A DNA stretch of 64,000 nt, from assembly GCA_016390365.1 (NCBI GenBank), contig GCA_016390365.1_3043.1; one strand, given 5' to 3'. This stretch comes from a phage. Below, piece after piece: positions 55,503-64,000 of the stretch. Numbering within the stretch: the stretch's first letter is position 1; every line of letters begins with the position of its first letter. A program made the position numbers and the translations under genes. Below the pieces are notes generated by a model, which was not told where the DNA came from, did not search any database, and saw nothing but the letters and a program-made list of their open reading frames with translations.

Positions 55503-55988
55503 ATGGAAGCGATTTTGTTTGAAATGTATATTAGCAGTAATAGTATGTCGTTTGCTAAAGACGTTCCAATTACCGTAGCAGTAATGATTGATAAGGGTTA
55601 TTGTGACCCAATGTATCTCGTAGAAAATTTCGTTTCAATGCCAGTTCCAGAAGATGCTGAAATAAAACTTAAAAAGATTGGTATTATTGAAACTGTACCA
55701 AATATTCCATTTAGAGCAATTGAAGCATTTACTAAATCCGAATACATTAATGTTAGCGCAGAACAATATAATGATAAGCCTTTATCTTTTTATTCGTACG
55801 ATTCACTATATAGTTGGAAAATAGATAAAGGAAATAAATTTATAATTGCAAGTGAAGATGCGTTATCATACTTTATTTCTTCTGTATGGAATAGTTTACA
55901 TCCAAATTTGCTAAAAATTCATGAATTTGATGATGCTCCTACTGTTGTTTTAGGTAAAACAAATGAAAGCTCTGAAGAAGATGCTTGA
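55503..55988 (+). CDS. hypothetical protein, 161 aa (T4 mrh position)
   Basis: ATG 55503 after GAGGAAAA. Confidence 0.5.
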   Translation: MEAILFEMYISSNSMSFAKDVPITVAVMIDKGYCDPMYLVENFVSMPVPEDAEIKLKKIGIIETVPNIPFRAIEAFTKSEYINVSAEQYNDKPLSFYSYDSLYSWKIDKGNKFIIASEDALSYFISSVWNSLHPNLLKIHEFDDAPTVVLGKTNESSEEDA

Positions 55989-56166
55989 ATGGTTCAATAG
56001 ACCAAACTCAATGTATATTGATGATGGTTGGGTTGAACAAGCAAATAAAGAAATACAGAACGAGTCAGAAGAATGGATGAAATCAATGATTAGTGCTGAG
56101 AAAGAAAAGAAATTAGAACGCTCAGCGCTTAAATTGATGAGAGACATCTATGGTGATAAATCATGA
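55963..56166 (+). CDS. hypothetical protein, 67 aa (T4 srh position)
   Basis: Track ORF; alternative start ATG 55981. Confidence 0.45.
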   Translation: MKALKKMLEWFNRPNSMYIDDGWVEQANKEIQNESEEWMKSMISAEKEKKLERSALKLMRDIYGDKS

Positions 56167-56327
56167 CCAAAGATATGACGTTAGAAGAGGCAAAGGCTAA
56201 AGCAAATGAAGCAATGGATTTGCTTCTTAAAATTGGCAGTAAAATGATGGAAGAAAATGAGAAATATATCCAGGAAAATAAAATTCCTGACGGTCCATTA
56301 GTAGGCAAGAGGAAATCGCATGATTGA
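56163..56327 (+). CDS. hypothetical small protein (54 aa)
   Basis: ATG 56163 overlapping previous stop. Confidence 0.4.
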   Translation: MTKDMTLEEAKAKANEAMDLLLKIGSKMMEENEKYIQENKIPDGPLVGKRKSHD

Positions 56328-56804
56328 AGTAGCAAAACATTATTCAATAGAATTTATGTCTAAAGAAGGTAAATCAGTAAATACACTTGATAAAAAATGC
56401 TCATTAATTATTCCTTTAGCAGAAAATCCGGATCTTTTAATTAAAGATATAAAAGAAAGAAAATATCCAGAAAATGTTATTCTAATTATAAAGCATACTG
56501 AAGATATTTTACAGAATACTGATTCACCGTTTTCTTCTTCTGAAGCTTTAACTATTAAAGGCTATAAAAGAGCTCATGAATATGGGGTCTTTTTGCCCTG
56601 TTTGAAGACGATAAAGTTAAATTAGCACTTAATTTAGCAGGTCAACCTTCTAAAAGTAAAACATTCATTATTGAAGATATTAAAGATATAAATGCATTTG
56701 TTAAGATGGTCTGGGCTCATTTTGATGTTGGACTACGCTGGAGAATATCTGAAGAAGAAAGAAAGATTATTGAAGCTAATCGTTATTTTGGTTTTTATCG
56801 CTAG
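56320..56804 (+). pseudogene. gene split by a 1-nt frameshift at a T5 run (56590-56594)
   Basis: ORF 56320-56625 stops 30 nt after the T-run; protein-like reading continues in another frame to TAG 56802-56804 with no start; one extra T fuses them (about 161 aa). Confidence 0.4.
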
Positions 56805-56812
56805 GAATTAAT

Positions 56813-56995
56813 ATGGATTTATTTGAGATGTTAGAAGATAATCATTCTACGAATATCCAGAATGATTCTAGTGATTATAAGAAAGAGTACCGTATAGTAT
56901 TACAGAATTATGGAATTGAAGCCCCAGATGCTCTTCTAGAAGAACTAGCTTCATACCATCTTGACCCTCCGCCTTGGGCTCCCTGGGCAAAATAA
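56813..56995 (+). CDS. hypothetical protein
   Basis: Track ORF. Confidence 0.5.
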   Translation: MDLFEMLEDNHSTNIQNDSSDYKKEYRIVLQNYGIEAPDALLEELASYHLDPPPWAPWAK

Positions 56996-57006
56996 TTCAA
57001 AAAGTT

Positions 57007-57036
57007 GTTTACTTTCCTTTCTAACGATGATATGAT
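57007..57036 (+). promoter_or_regulatory. early promoter
   Basis: -35 GTTTAC 57007-57012, 18 nt spacer, -10 TATGAT. Confidence 0.5.
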
Positions 57037-57063
57037 AGCTTCTGAAAGTATACGGAGGCTATC

Positions 57064-57675
57064 ATGATTATTAATCTTGCAGATGTTGAACAGTTATCTA
57101 TAAAAGCTGAAAGCGTTGATTTTCAATATGATATGTATAAAAAAGTCTGTGAAAAATTTACTGACTTTGAGCAATCTGTTCTTTGGCAATGTATGGAAGC
57201 TAAAAAGAATGAAGCTCTTCATAGGCAGTTGAATAAAATCATTAAAAAGCATTTAACTAAATCACCTTATCAGCTATATCGTGGTATATCAAAATCAACA
57301 GAAGAACTTATTAAAGATTTACAAGTCGGAGAAGTGTTTTCAACGAACAGGGTAGATTCATTTACTACTAGTTTGCACATAGCATGTGGTTTTTCTTATG
57401 TGTATTTCACTGAAATAATATTTCGCTTAAAAACTAATAAAGCTTTTAATTATTCTGACCATATCAGCGATATTATACTTTCTTCTCCTAATACTGAGTT
57501 TAAGTACACGTATGAAGATACTGATGGATTAGATTCAGAGCGTACTGATAACTTAATGATGATTGTGCGTGAACAAGAATGGATGATTCCAATTGGAAAG
57601 TATAGAATAACTTCATTTCAAAAGAAAAATTACACGATTCATTTGGAACATTTAAAGTTTATGATATTGAGGTAG
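57064..57675 (+). CDS. modB: ADP-ribosyltransferase, ModB-like
   Basis: 203 aa; R-S-E triad candidates YRG, SFTTS, EQEWMIP; paralog of next gene. Confidence 0.6.
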   Translation: MIINLADVEQLSIKAESVDFQYDMYKKVCEKFTDFEQSVLWQCMEAKKNEALHRQLNKIIKKHLTKSPYQLYRGISKSTEELIKDLQVGEVFSTNRVDSFTTSLHIACGFSYVYFTEIIFRLKTNKAFNYSDHISDIILSSPNTEFKYTYEDTDGLDSERTDNLMMIVREQEWMIPIGKYRITSFQKKNYTIHLEHLKFMILR

Positions 57676-57679
57676 TTGA

Positions 57680-58282
57680 ATGAAATACTCAGTAATGCAA
57701 CTAAAAGATTTTAAAATAAAATCAATGGATGCATCGGTGCGTGCTTCTATTCGTGAAGAATTACTTTCTGAAGGATTTAATTTATCTGAAATTGAACTTT
57801 TAATTCATTGTATTACCAACAAACCAGATGACCATACTTGGTTAAATGAAATAATCAAATCTCGTTTGGAACCAAACGATAAACCTCTTTGGAGAGGTGT
57901 TCCAGCTGAGACTAAGCAAGTATTAAATCAAGGAATTGATATTATTACATTTGATAAAGTAGTATCAGCTTCATATGATAAAAATATAGCTCTGCATTTT
58001 GCTTCTGGTTTAGAGTATAACACACAAGTTATTTTTGAATTCAAAGCTCCTATGGTATTCAATTTCCAGGAGTATGCTATAAAAGCTCTACGCTGTAAAG
58101 AATACAATCCAAACTTTAAGTTTCCAGATAGCCATCGTTATCGTAATATGGAATTAGTTTCAGATGAACAAGAAGTAATGATACCAGCTGGAAGTGTATT
58201 TAGAATTGCAGATAGATATGAGTACAAAAAGTATTCAACATACACTATCTATACTCTTGATTTTGAAGGATTTAATCTATAA
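57680..58282 (+). CDS. modA: ADP-ribosyltransferase, ModA-like
   Basis: 200 aa; LWRGVP, VSASYD, EQEVMIP. Confidence 0.6.
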   Translation: MKYSVMQLKDFKIKSMDASVRASIREELLSEGFNLSEIELLIHCITNKPDDHTWLNEIIKSRLEPNDKPLWRGVPAETKQVLNQGIDIITFDKVVSASYDKNIALHFASGLEYNTQVIFEFKAPMVFNFQEYAIKALRCKEYNPNFKFPDSHRYRNMELVSDEQEVMIPAGSVFRIADRYEYKKYSTYTIYTLDFEGFNL

Positions 58283-58339
58283 TGGAAGGACTTAGATTCA
58301 TTATACCATGAAAGTTTTAAAGCATTTTTACATAAAGTT

Positions 58340-58369
58340 GTTTACAAGTTAAGGTAAAAATGTTATAGT
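58340..58369 (+). promoter_or_regulatory. early promoter
   Basis: -35 GTTTAC 58340-58345, 18 nt spacer, -10 TATAGT. Confidence 0.5.
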
Positions 58370-58405
58370 ATAAGTAGTTAACCGTCCGTAAGATGTGAGA
58401 AAAAT

Positions 58406-59152
58406 ATGAAGCTGTCTAATAATCAAATTCGTAAAATTAAACGTCGTTTAGAGCATACTCAGGCATCTGCTAAAAGACGTTCTAAAGATTTTAACTTAGA
58501 CTTCAATTACATTAAGAACATTTTAGACCAAAAAGTTTGTGCTTACTCGGGAGAACCTTTTGATAATCGTATTGAAGGAGAGAAATTATCATTAGAACGT
58601 TTTGATAATAACGTTGGATACATTAAAGGGAATGTTATTGCAGTAAAGAAAAAGTATAATACATTTCGTTCTGATTATACTTTAGAAGAGCTGATTGAAA
58701 AGCGTGATTTATTTGCTTTGCGAATTGGTCGTTCATCTGCGAAAAAAGTTCATAAACTAAATTTAGATGAAAAGAAATGGGCTAAAATCAAAAAGACTTA
58801 TAATCAAATTAAAGCTATACAGAAAAAACGTGAAAACCGAATTGAACACATTTCTCGGCTTTCTAAATCAAAACAAACCTCTGACGTTAAGCTAACGATT
58901 GTAGCACTCAAAGCTCGTATTGATGGTTCTCGTATAGCAGAAGGCGCTGAAGTTGTTAAATTGAACGTTCTTCTTAAAGGCTCTGATTGGAAAACTGTGA
59001 AAAAGTTGTCAGAAGCAGAAATGCAATATGATATGTGTGATAAAATTATTCAAGGTGTAGAGCGGTATCAAAACTTGTCTTTTATTGATAAACTTAAACT
59101 GAAAAGAGGATACCCGTTAAATTGTTCAATTTTTAAACTTATCCGAGGATAA
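58406..59152 (+). CDS. basic 248-aa protein at the T4 srd position
   Basis: Track ORF; Lys/Arg-rich. Confidence 0.5.
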   Translation: MKLSNNQIRKIKRRLEHTQASAKRRSKDFNLDFNYIKNILDQKVCAYSGEPFDNRIEGEKLSLERFDNNVGYIKGNVIAVKKKYNTFRSDYTLEELIEKRDLFALRIGRSSAKKVHKLNLDEKKWAKIKKTYNQIKAIQKKRENRIEHISRLSKSKQTSDVKLTIVALKARIDGSRIAEGAEVVKLNVLLKGSDWKTVKKLSEAEMQYDMCDKIIQGVERYQNLSFIDKLKLKRGYPLNCSIFKLIRG

Positions 59153-59153
59153 T

Positions 59154-59465
59154 ATGTTTTATGTATATGCGATAGTGTATAGAGATAAAGATGGATTTAC
59201 GGCGCCAGTTCCACTTGATGAACATCGTCCTGCTGTATTTTTTGAAAGGGAGATTGCTGATAAAGTATTTACCACTCTTAAAGAGCAGTATCGACTAGCT
59301 TTAGGTATGGGAATTCCGAGATTAGTTGAGACTCCACGCAAGTTTTGGTTTAATAAAATAGAAGTTAAACATGTTAAGCCTGATGTAGACACACAAAGAT
59401 TATATCGGCGAATTTTAGATACTGGGCGTATTGTTAGTATACCAATTGCAGGGAATTTACGATGA
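59154..59465 (+). CDS. hypothetical protein
   Basis: Track ORF. Confidence 0.5.
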   Translation: MFYVYAIVYRDKDGFTAPVPLDEHRPAVFFEREIADKVFTTLKEQYRLALGMGIPRLVETPRKFWFNKIEVKHVKPDVDTQRLYRRILDTGRIVSIPIAGNLR

Positions 59466-60781
59466 CATTTGATGATTTGACTGAAGGCCAGAAAAATGCC
59501 TTTAACATCGTTATGAGGGCTATTAAAGAAAAGAAACATCATGTAACTATTAATGGACCTGCTGGTACTGGTAAGACTACTCTTACTAAGTTCATCATTG
59601 AAGCTTTAATATCTACGGGTGAAACTGGTATCATTTTGGCAGCTCCTACACATGCAGCTAAAAAGATTCTTTCAAAACTGTCGGGGAAAGAAGCAAGTAC
59701 TATTCACAGTATTCTTAAAATTAACCCAGTTACGTATGAAGAAAACGTTCTTTTTGAACAGAAGGAAGTACCAGATTTAGCTAAATGCAGGGTATTAATC
59801 TGCGACGAAGTGTCAATGTATGATAGAAAGCTATTTAAAATTCTGCTTTCAACTATCCCGCCGTGGTGTACTATAATTGGAATAGGGGATAATAAGCAGA
59901 TTAGACCTGTTGATCCAGGAGAAAACACCGCTTATATCAGTCCGTTCTTTACACATAAAGATTTTTATCAGTGTGAACTCACTGAAGTTAAACGCAGTAA
60001 TGCTCCTATTATTGATGTAGCTACTGATGTTCGTAACGGTAAGTGGATTTATGATAAAGTTGTTGACGGGCATGGAGTACGTGGATTTACTGGTGATACC
60101 GCTTTACGCGATTTTATGGTAAATTATTTTTCAATCGTAAAATCATTAGATGATTTGTTTGAAAATCGCGTAATGGCATTTACGAATAAATCTGTTGACA
60201 AGTTAAATAGCATTATTCGTAAAAAGATTTTTGAAACTGATAAAGATTTTATTGTCGGTGAAATTATTGTAATGCAGGAACCATTAATTAAAACATATAA
60301 AATTGATGGAAAGCCTGTGTCAGAAATTATTTTTAATAATGGACAATTAGTTCGTATTATAGAAGCAGAGTATACATCGACGTTTGTTAAAGCTCGTGGT
60401 GTTCCTGGAGAATACTTAATTCGTCATTGGGATTTAACAGTAGAAACTTACGGCGATGATGAATATTATCGTGAAAAGATTAAAATAATTTCATCTGATG
60501 AAGAGCTGTATAAGTTTAACTTATTTTTAGGTAAAACGGCAGAAACATATAAAAATTGGAATAAAGGCGGAAAAGCTCCATGGAGTGATTTTTGGGATGC
60601 TAAATCACAGTTCAGTAAAGTGAAAGCACTTCCCGCATCAACATTCCACAAAGCTCAGGGCATGTCTGTAGACCGTGCTTTCATTTATACGCCTTGTATT
60701 CATTATGCAGACGCTGAACTAGCTCAGCAGCTTCTTTATGTTGGTGTTACTCGTGGTCGTTATGATGTGTTTTATGTGTGA
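59462..60781 (+). CDS. dda: Dda DNA helicase (SF1B)
   Basis: 439 aa; Walker A GPAGTGKTT, Walker B LICDEVSM; matches T4 Dda. Confidence 0.9.
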   Translation: MTFDDLTEGQKNAFNIVMRAIKEKKHHVTINGPAGTGKTTLTKFIIEALISTGETGIILAAPTHAAKKILSKLSGKEASTIHSILKINPVTYEENVLFEQKEVPDLAKCRVLICDEVSMYDRKLFKILLSTIPPWCTIIGIGDNKQIRPVDPGENTAYISPFFTHKDFYQCELTEVKRSNAPIIDVATDVRNGKWIYDKVVDGHGVRGFTGDTALRDFMVNYFSIVKSLDDLFENRVMAFTNKSVDKLNSIIRKKIFETDKDFIVGEIIVMQEPLIKTYKIDGKPVSEIIFNNGQLVRIIEAEYTSTFVKARGVPGEYLIRHWDLTVETYGDDEYYREKIKIISSDEELYKFNLFLGKTAETYKNWNKGGKAPWSDFWDAKSQFSKVKALPASTFHKAQGMSVDRAFIYTPCIHYADAELAQQLLYVGVTRGRYDVFYV

Positions 60782-60787
60782 GGATAT

Positions 60788-60979
60788 ATGATTAACATCA
60801 ATTCAAAATATTTAAATCGTCTAATAGATGGTATAAAGAAGCATACTGATAAGCAAGATAACCTCAGTGTTATGGTAACAGGAGCTGAGCTCCTTTATAA
60901 ACTTAATCTTATAAGTGATACTATACTAGCAATTAAACGAATTGAAAACAATCATATCATAGTAATACAGACACGGTAA
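60788..60979 (+). CDS. hypothetical protein
   Basis: Track ORF. Confidence 0.5.
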   Translation: MININSKYLNRLIDGIKKHTDKQDNLSVMVTGAELLYKLNLISDTILAIKRIENNHIIVIQTR

Positions 60980-61033
60980 TTACATTAGATGAAAGTGTCT
61001 GTAAGCTGCTGATTAAATTTGAGGAAGCTATTC

Positions 61034-61279
61034 GTGGAAATAACTAAAGACCAGTTTTATCTGCTTCAAGATAAAGTGAGCGAAATTTATGAAATAGCTT
61101 ATAGTAAAAATCGCAAAAACGTGAAAATTGAATCAGGCAAGTTAATGCTTCAATTGGAAGAAATTGAACGAGATTTGATTGCGTTAGAATTCTTTTGCGG
61201 TGAAGTGAAAACTGTTACAATCAATGATTATATTTTAGGCGAAATTAGCTATCTTTATAAGGCGATTATTAATGATTGA
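61034..61279 (+). CDS. hypothetical protein, paralog pair member
   Basis: GTG 61034 six nt after GAGGAAG (track start is TTG 61019); similar architecture to next gene. Confidence 0.45.
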   Translation: MEITKDQFYLLQDKVSEIYEIAYSKNRKNVKIESGKLMLQLEEIERDLIALEFFCGEVKTVTINDYILGEISYLYKAIIND

Positions 61280-61514
61280 ATTAAGTTGGTGTCAGTTTAA
61301 ATCTCTTATGACAAATGTTAAAGCTGTCATTGAGAAAAATTCTGGTCCTGAAAATATTACTATTCGCGAAAAAGCTTTAAAGATAATATACAGTCTTGAA
61401 GAGATGCAAAAAGATATTGAATCTATGGCAAAATTTATTGATGAGCCCATTAATAAAGTTTATATCCAAGATTATACTGTAGGTCAAATTCGCGATTTAG
61501 CGAGGAAAGTTTAA
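61272..61514 (+). CDS. hypothetical protein, paralog pair member
   Basis: Track ORF. Confidence 0.5.
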   Translation: MIELSWCQFKSLMTNVKAVIEKNSGPENITIREKALKIIYSLEEMQKDIESMAKFIDEPINKVYIQDYTVGQIRDLARKV

Positions 61515-62197
61515 TGTTTGATTTTATTATAGATTTTGAAACGATGGGAAGCGGTGAAAAAGCAGCTGTTATTGATTTGGCTGTAATTGCTTTTGACCCT
61601 AACCCGGAAGTTGTTGAAACATTCGATGAACTAGTTTCACGTGGCATTAAAATCAAATTTGATTTAAAAAGCCAAAAAGGACATCGTCTTTTTACTAAAA
61701 GCACTATCGAATGGTGGAAAAATCAGTCTCCTGAAGCTCGAAAAAATATTGCACCATCTGATGAAGATGTAAGCACTATCGATGGTATTGCAAAATTTAA
61801 TGATTACATCAATGCGCATAATATCGATCCTTGGAAATCTCAAGGCTGGTGCCGTGGAATGTCGTTTGATTTTCCAATTTTAGTCGATCTCATTCGTGAT
61901 ATTCAACGTCTTAATGGTGTTTCTGAGAATGAGCTTGACACATTTAAGTTAGAACCGTGTAAATTCTGGAATCAGCGTGATATTCGTACCAGAATTGAAG
62001 CACTTCTGCTTGTTCGTGATATGACCACATGTCCTCTTCCAAAGGGAACTTTAGATGGATTCGTTGCACATGATTCTATTCATGACTGTGCAAAAGACAT
62101 CCTGATGATGAAGTATGCTTTGCGCTATGCTATGGGTCTTGAAGACGCTCCATCAGAGGAAGAGTGCGATCCTCTATCTCTTCCAACAAAACGATAA
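61514..62197 (+). CDS. dexA: exonuclease A (DnaQ-like 3'-5' exonuclease)
   Basis: 227 aa; N-terminal DFET exonuclease motif; matches T4 DexA. Confidence 0.85.
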   Translation: MFDFIIDFETMGSGEKAAVIDLAVIAFDPNPEVVETFDELVSRGIKIKFDLKSQKGHRLFTKSTIEWWKNQSPEARKNIAPSDEDVSTIDGIAKFNDYINAHNIDPWKSQGWCRGMSFDFPILVDLIRDIQRLNGVSENELDTFKLEPCKFWNQRDIRTRIEALLLVRDMTTCPLPKGTLDGFVAHDSIHDCAKDILMMKYALRYAMGLEDAPSEEECDPLSLPTKR

Positions 62198-62203
62198 AAA
62201 GTT

Positions 62204-62233
62204 GTTTACTTCCTCGGTTAGTTGTGGTATTAT
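62204..62233 (+). promoter_or_regulatory. early promoter
   Basis: -35 GTTTAC 62204-62209, 18 nt spacer, -10 TATTAT. Confidence 0.55.
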
Positions 62234-62260
62234 AACACCATAGCTACTGAGGATAATAAA

Positions 62261-62614
62261 ATGAAAATTTATCGTGTTGAATCATCGTTTAGCGCATTAA
62301 ATGATGATAGTGGTATAATGAAAATTAGGAAAGAGTTATGCGTCCAATCGACTCCTTATCGTGGATTTGATTCTATGAAAACTCGAACTTGGTTAAAATT
62401 TTGTGGTATTAATTCATCATCATTTCATCATCATAGCGATAATTATGAAAGTCATGAAAGTATTCCTATTCCACACGATGATAAGTTATTAGTTGAAAAT
62501 GCTAATGATGCTATTAAAACTAAATGGAATAAAGATTATTTACGAATTGAAAATTATATTCCATTGTGGTTTATTGCATTATATCTTTTGCTTTCGCTAC
62601 TGAATATGATATGA
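62261..62614 (+). CDS. hypothetical protein with C-terminal hydrophobic helix
   Basis: ATG 62261 after GAGGA (track start 62222). Confidence 0.5.
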   Translation: MKIYRVESSFSALNDDSGIMKIRKELCVQSTPYRGFDSMKTRTWLKFCGINSSSFHHHSDNYESHESIPIPHDDKLLVENANDAIKTKWNKDYLRIENYIPLWFIALYLLLSLLNMI

Positions 62615-62772
62615 TGAGATGGTTCACCCGAGAAGAGCGTGAAGACTTAAAAGATCGTGGAATGTACACTGCGATTTATGAAGTGCCAGATGACCAAGTT
62701 ATCATTGGTGGGCATCAAGTAATGTTCCGTAAATCCCATGCTGAACTTGTAGATTTTATTGAAATGAGATAA
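62611..62772 (+). CDS. hypothetical small protein
   Basis: ATG 62611 overlapping previous stop (track start 62566). Confidence 0.4.
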   Translation: MMRWFTREEREDLKDRGMYTAIYEVPDDQVIIGGHQVMFRKSHAELVDFIEMR

Positions 62773-62774
62773 TT

Positions 62775-63317
62775 ATGAAATTTAATTATAATCCTGAATA
62801 CACACCGAATCCTGTAGATAAACCGTTTGATATGGATATAGCAAGCATGTACGGCACTCTTGTTAAACCATTAGAAATTAAGGAAACATTTATGACTGCT
62901 CGGACCATCGAAACTGGCAAAACCTACAAACTGGTTGAAACTGAAATTAAAACTACTGAACTAGATTTGGGTTATAAAGCATTGACTAGTGTTTTTGGTG
63001 AAGGCGAGTTTGTGGTTAAAAGTTTTTCAAAAAGTAATTGGCATGATAAGAATAAAGCTTATGTGATTCGAGCACATCGCTTAGATAATGATGAAGTAAT
63101 TAAAACTATAGTCTTTGAAGCAGAGCTTATCCTCTTCCAAGAAGTTGATCCTACTGACCTTTTGACTCGTGCAGTTGCTATCAAGACTCCATTCATTTGC
63201 GTCTGCGGTTGGGTAACAGACCAATGGATTGAAGATGGTGTTGAACTCCTGAACGTTGTTCATGCAGGTGATTTTAGCGTAGTACCTCGTAGTGCAGTGG
63301 TAGCTATTTTGAATTAA
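62775..63317 (+). CDS. hypothetical protein, paralog pair member
   Basis: C-terminal region ...WVTDQWIEDGVELLNVVHAGDFSVVP resembles next gene. Confidence 0.55.
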   Translation: MKFNYNPEYTPNPVDKPFDMDIASMYGTLVKPLEIKETFMTARTIETGKTYKLVETEIKTTELDLGYKALTSVFGEGEFVVKSFSKSNWHDKNKAYVIRAHRLDNDEVIKTIVFEAELILFQEVDPTDLLTRAVAIKTPFICVCGWVTDQWIEDGVELLNVVHAGDFSVVPRSAVVAILN

Positions 63318-63319
63318 TA

Positions 63320-63349
63320 GTTTACAAACTCTTGGGACCAGAGTATAAT
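63320..63349 (+). promoter_or_regulatory. early promoter with stem-loop around the -10
   Basis: -35 GTTTAC 63320-63325, 18 nt spacer, -10 TATAAT 63344-63349; GGACCA/TGGTCC inverted repeat. Confidence 0.6.
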
Positions 63350-63393
63350 GGTCCTGTGGAGTATAAAATCTTTTTAACAAGTGAGAGATAATT

Positions 63394-63885
63394 ATGAATA
63401 TTAATATCGGTGAAATTGCTCGTGTATCTGATAAATCCCGTTCTAAAGCAGCAGGAAAATTGGTCGAAGTTGTAAGCATTCAGCTTAAACACGGTGTTAA
63501 AGATGAAGATTCTGAAGTAAAAGTACGTATCATTGCTAAAGATGGAATGTCTAAGCCCCAGTTTGGTTATGTTCGATGGAAATTTCTTGAGCCTGCGTTT
63601 TTGAAAGCTGTTCCTGCTAAAGGAATTGAAACGATTGATACTTCGCATGTAGGTGTAGACTTTAAGTGGAAACTTGGTCAAGCTATCAAGTTCATTGCTC
63701 CTTATGAGTTTGAATTTACCGAAGGTGGACAACCACTTCCTCGGCGTACTCGCGCTATGTGTGCATACATTACTGATCAATGGGTAGAAGATGGCGTTAA
63801 GTTATACAACGCGGTATTTTTAGGAACATACAAAGTCATTCCTGAAAGTTGGATTAAACACTATAGCAAAGCTCGCTATGCATAA
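63394..63885 (+). CDS. hypothetical protein, paralog pair member (T4 motB position)
   Basis: 163 aa; ...YITDQWVEDGVKLYNAVFLGTYKVIP. Confidence 0.55.
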   Translation: MNINIGEIARVSDKSRSKAAGKLVEVVSIQLKHGVKDEDSEVKVRIIAKDGMSKPQFGYVRWKFLEPAFLKAVPAKGIETIDTSHVGVDFKWKLGQAIKFIAPYEFEFTEGGQPLPRRTRAMCAYITDQWVEDGVKLYNAVFLGTYKVIPESWIKHYSKARYA

Positions 63886-63890
63886 AGTTT

Positions 63891-63958
63891 AAAATTTTTT
63901 CATAAAACTATATACATCAGTAGTTGATTATGGTACTATATCAATATCAACTACTGAT
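63891..63958 (+). promoter_or_regulatory. early promoter cassette, copy 4, with intact 13-bp inverted repeat
   Basis: ATCAGTAGTTGAT 63916-63928 and ATCAACTACTGAT 63946-63958 flank -10 TACTAT 63934-63939; -35 degenerate. Confidence 0.5.
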
Positions 63959-63982
63959 ATAGAAAATAATTTGGAGAATAAA

Positions 63983-64000
63983 ATGGAAAATTTGCCAAAG
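63983..64000 (+). CDS. start of a gene truncated by the window end
   Basis: ATG 63983 after GGAG; MENLPK... Confidence 0.4.

Overview
This window is a contiguous early/middle-gene segment of a T4-like (T-even, Tevenvirinae) coliphage genome. All calls are made by eye from the sequence and from memory of T4 proteins; no database search was run. Nearly every gene is on the + strand and AT-rich. Reading left to right: a 9-tRNA cluster with an embedded ORF and a structured RNA region, internal-protein-like genes, nudE, lysozyme e, denV, a GrcA-like glycyl-radical protein, regB, tk, rI, a long block of small unknown ORFs, nrdC, gene 49, nrdD, nrdG, gene 55, alpha-glucosyltransferase, 47, 46, 45, 44, 62, regA, DNA polymerase 43, imm, 42, a second glycosyltransferase, uvsX, 41, dmd, spackle, primase 61, dCTPase 56, soc, a ModB/ModA-like pair, dda and dexA. 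About 19 early promoters (GTTTAC -35, 18 nt spacer, TAnnnT -10), five exact TATAAATA late promoters, one MotA-box middle promoter and many UUCG-tetraloop hairpins/terminators are visible. There is no CRISPR array, integrase, transposase or intron. The stretches most worth a second look are a nucleotidyltransferase gene next to an AAA+ ATPase gene (17.2-19.3 kb), a TARG1/DarG-like macro-domain protein (11.75 kb), a four-gene diverged paralog array (20.8-24.8 kb), a GT-A glycosyltransferase at the beta-gt locus, three proteins with capsid-targeting-like N-termini, repeated promoter-stem-loop cassettes including a 70-bp pair identical 41 kb apart, and four ORF pairs that look split by single-base indels in homopolymer runs.
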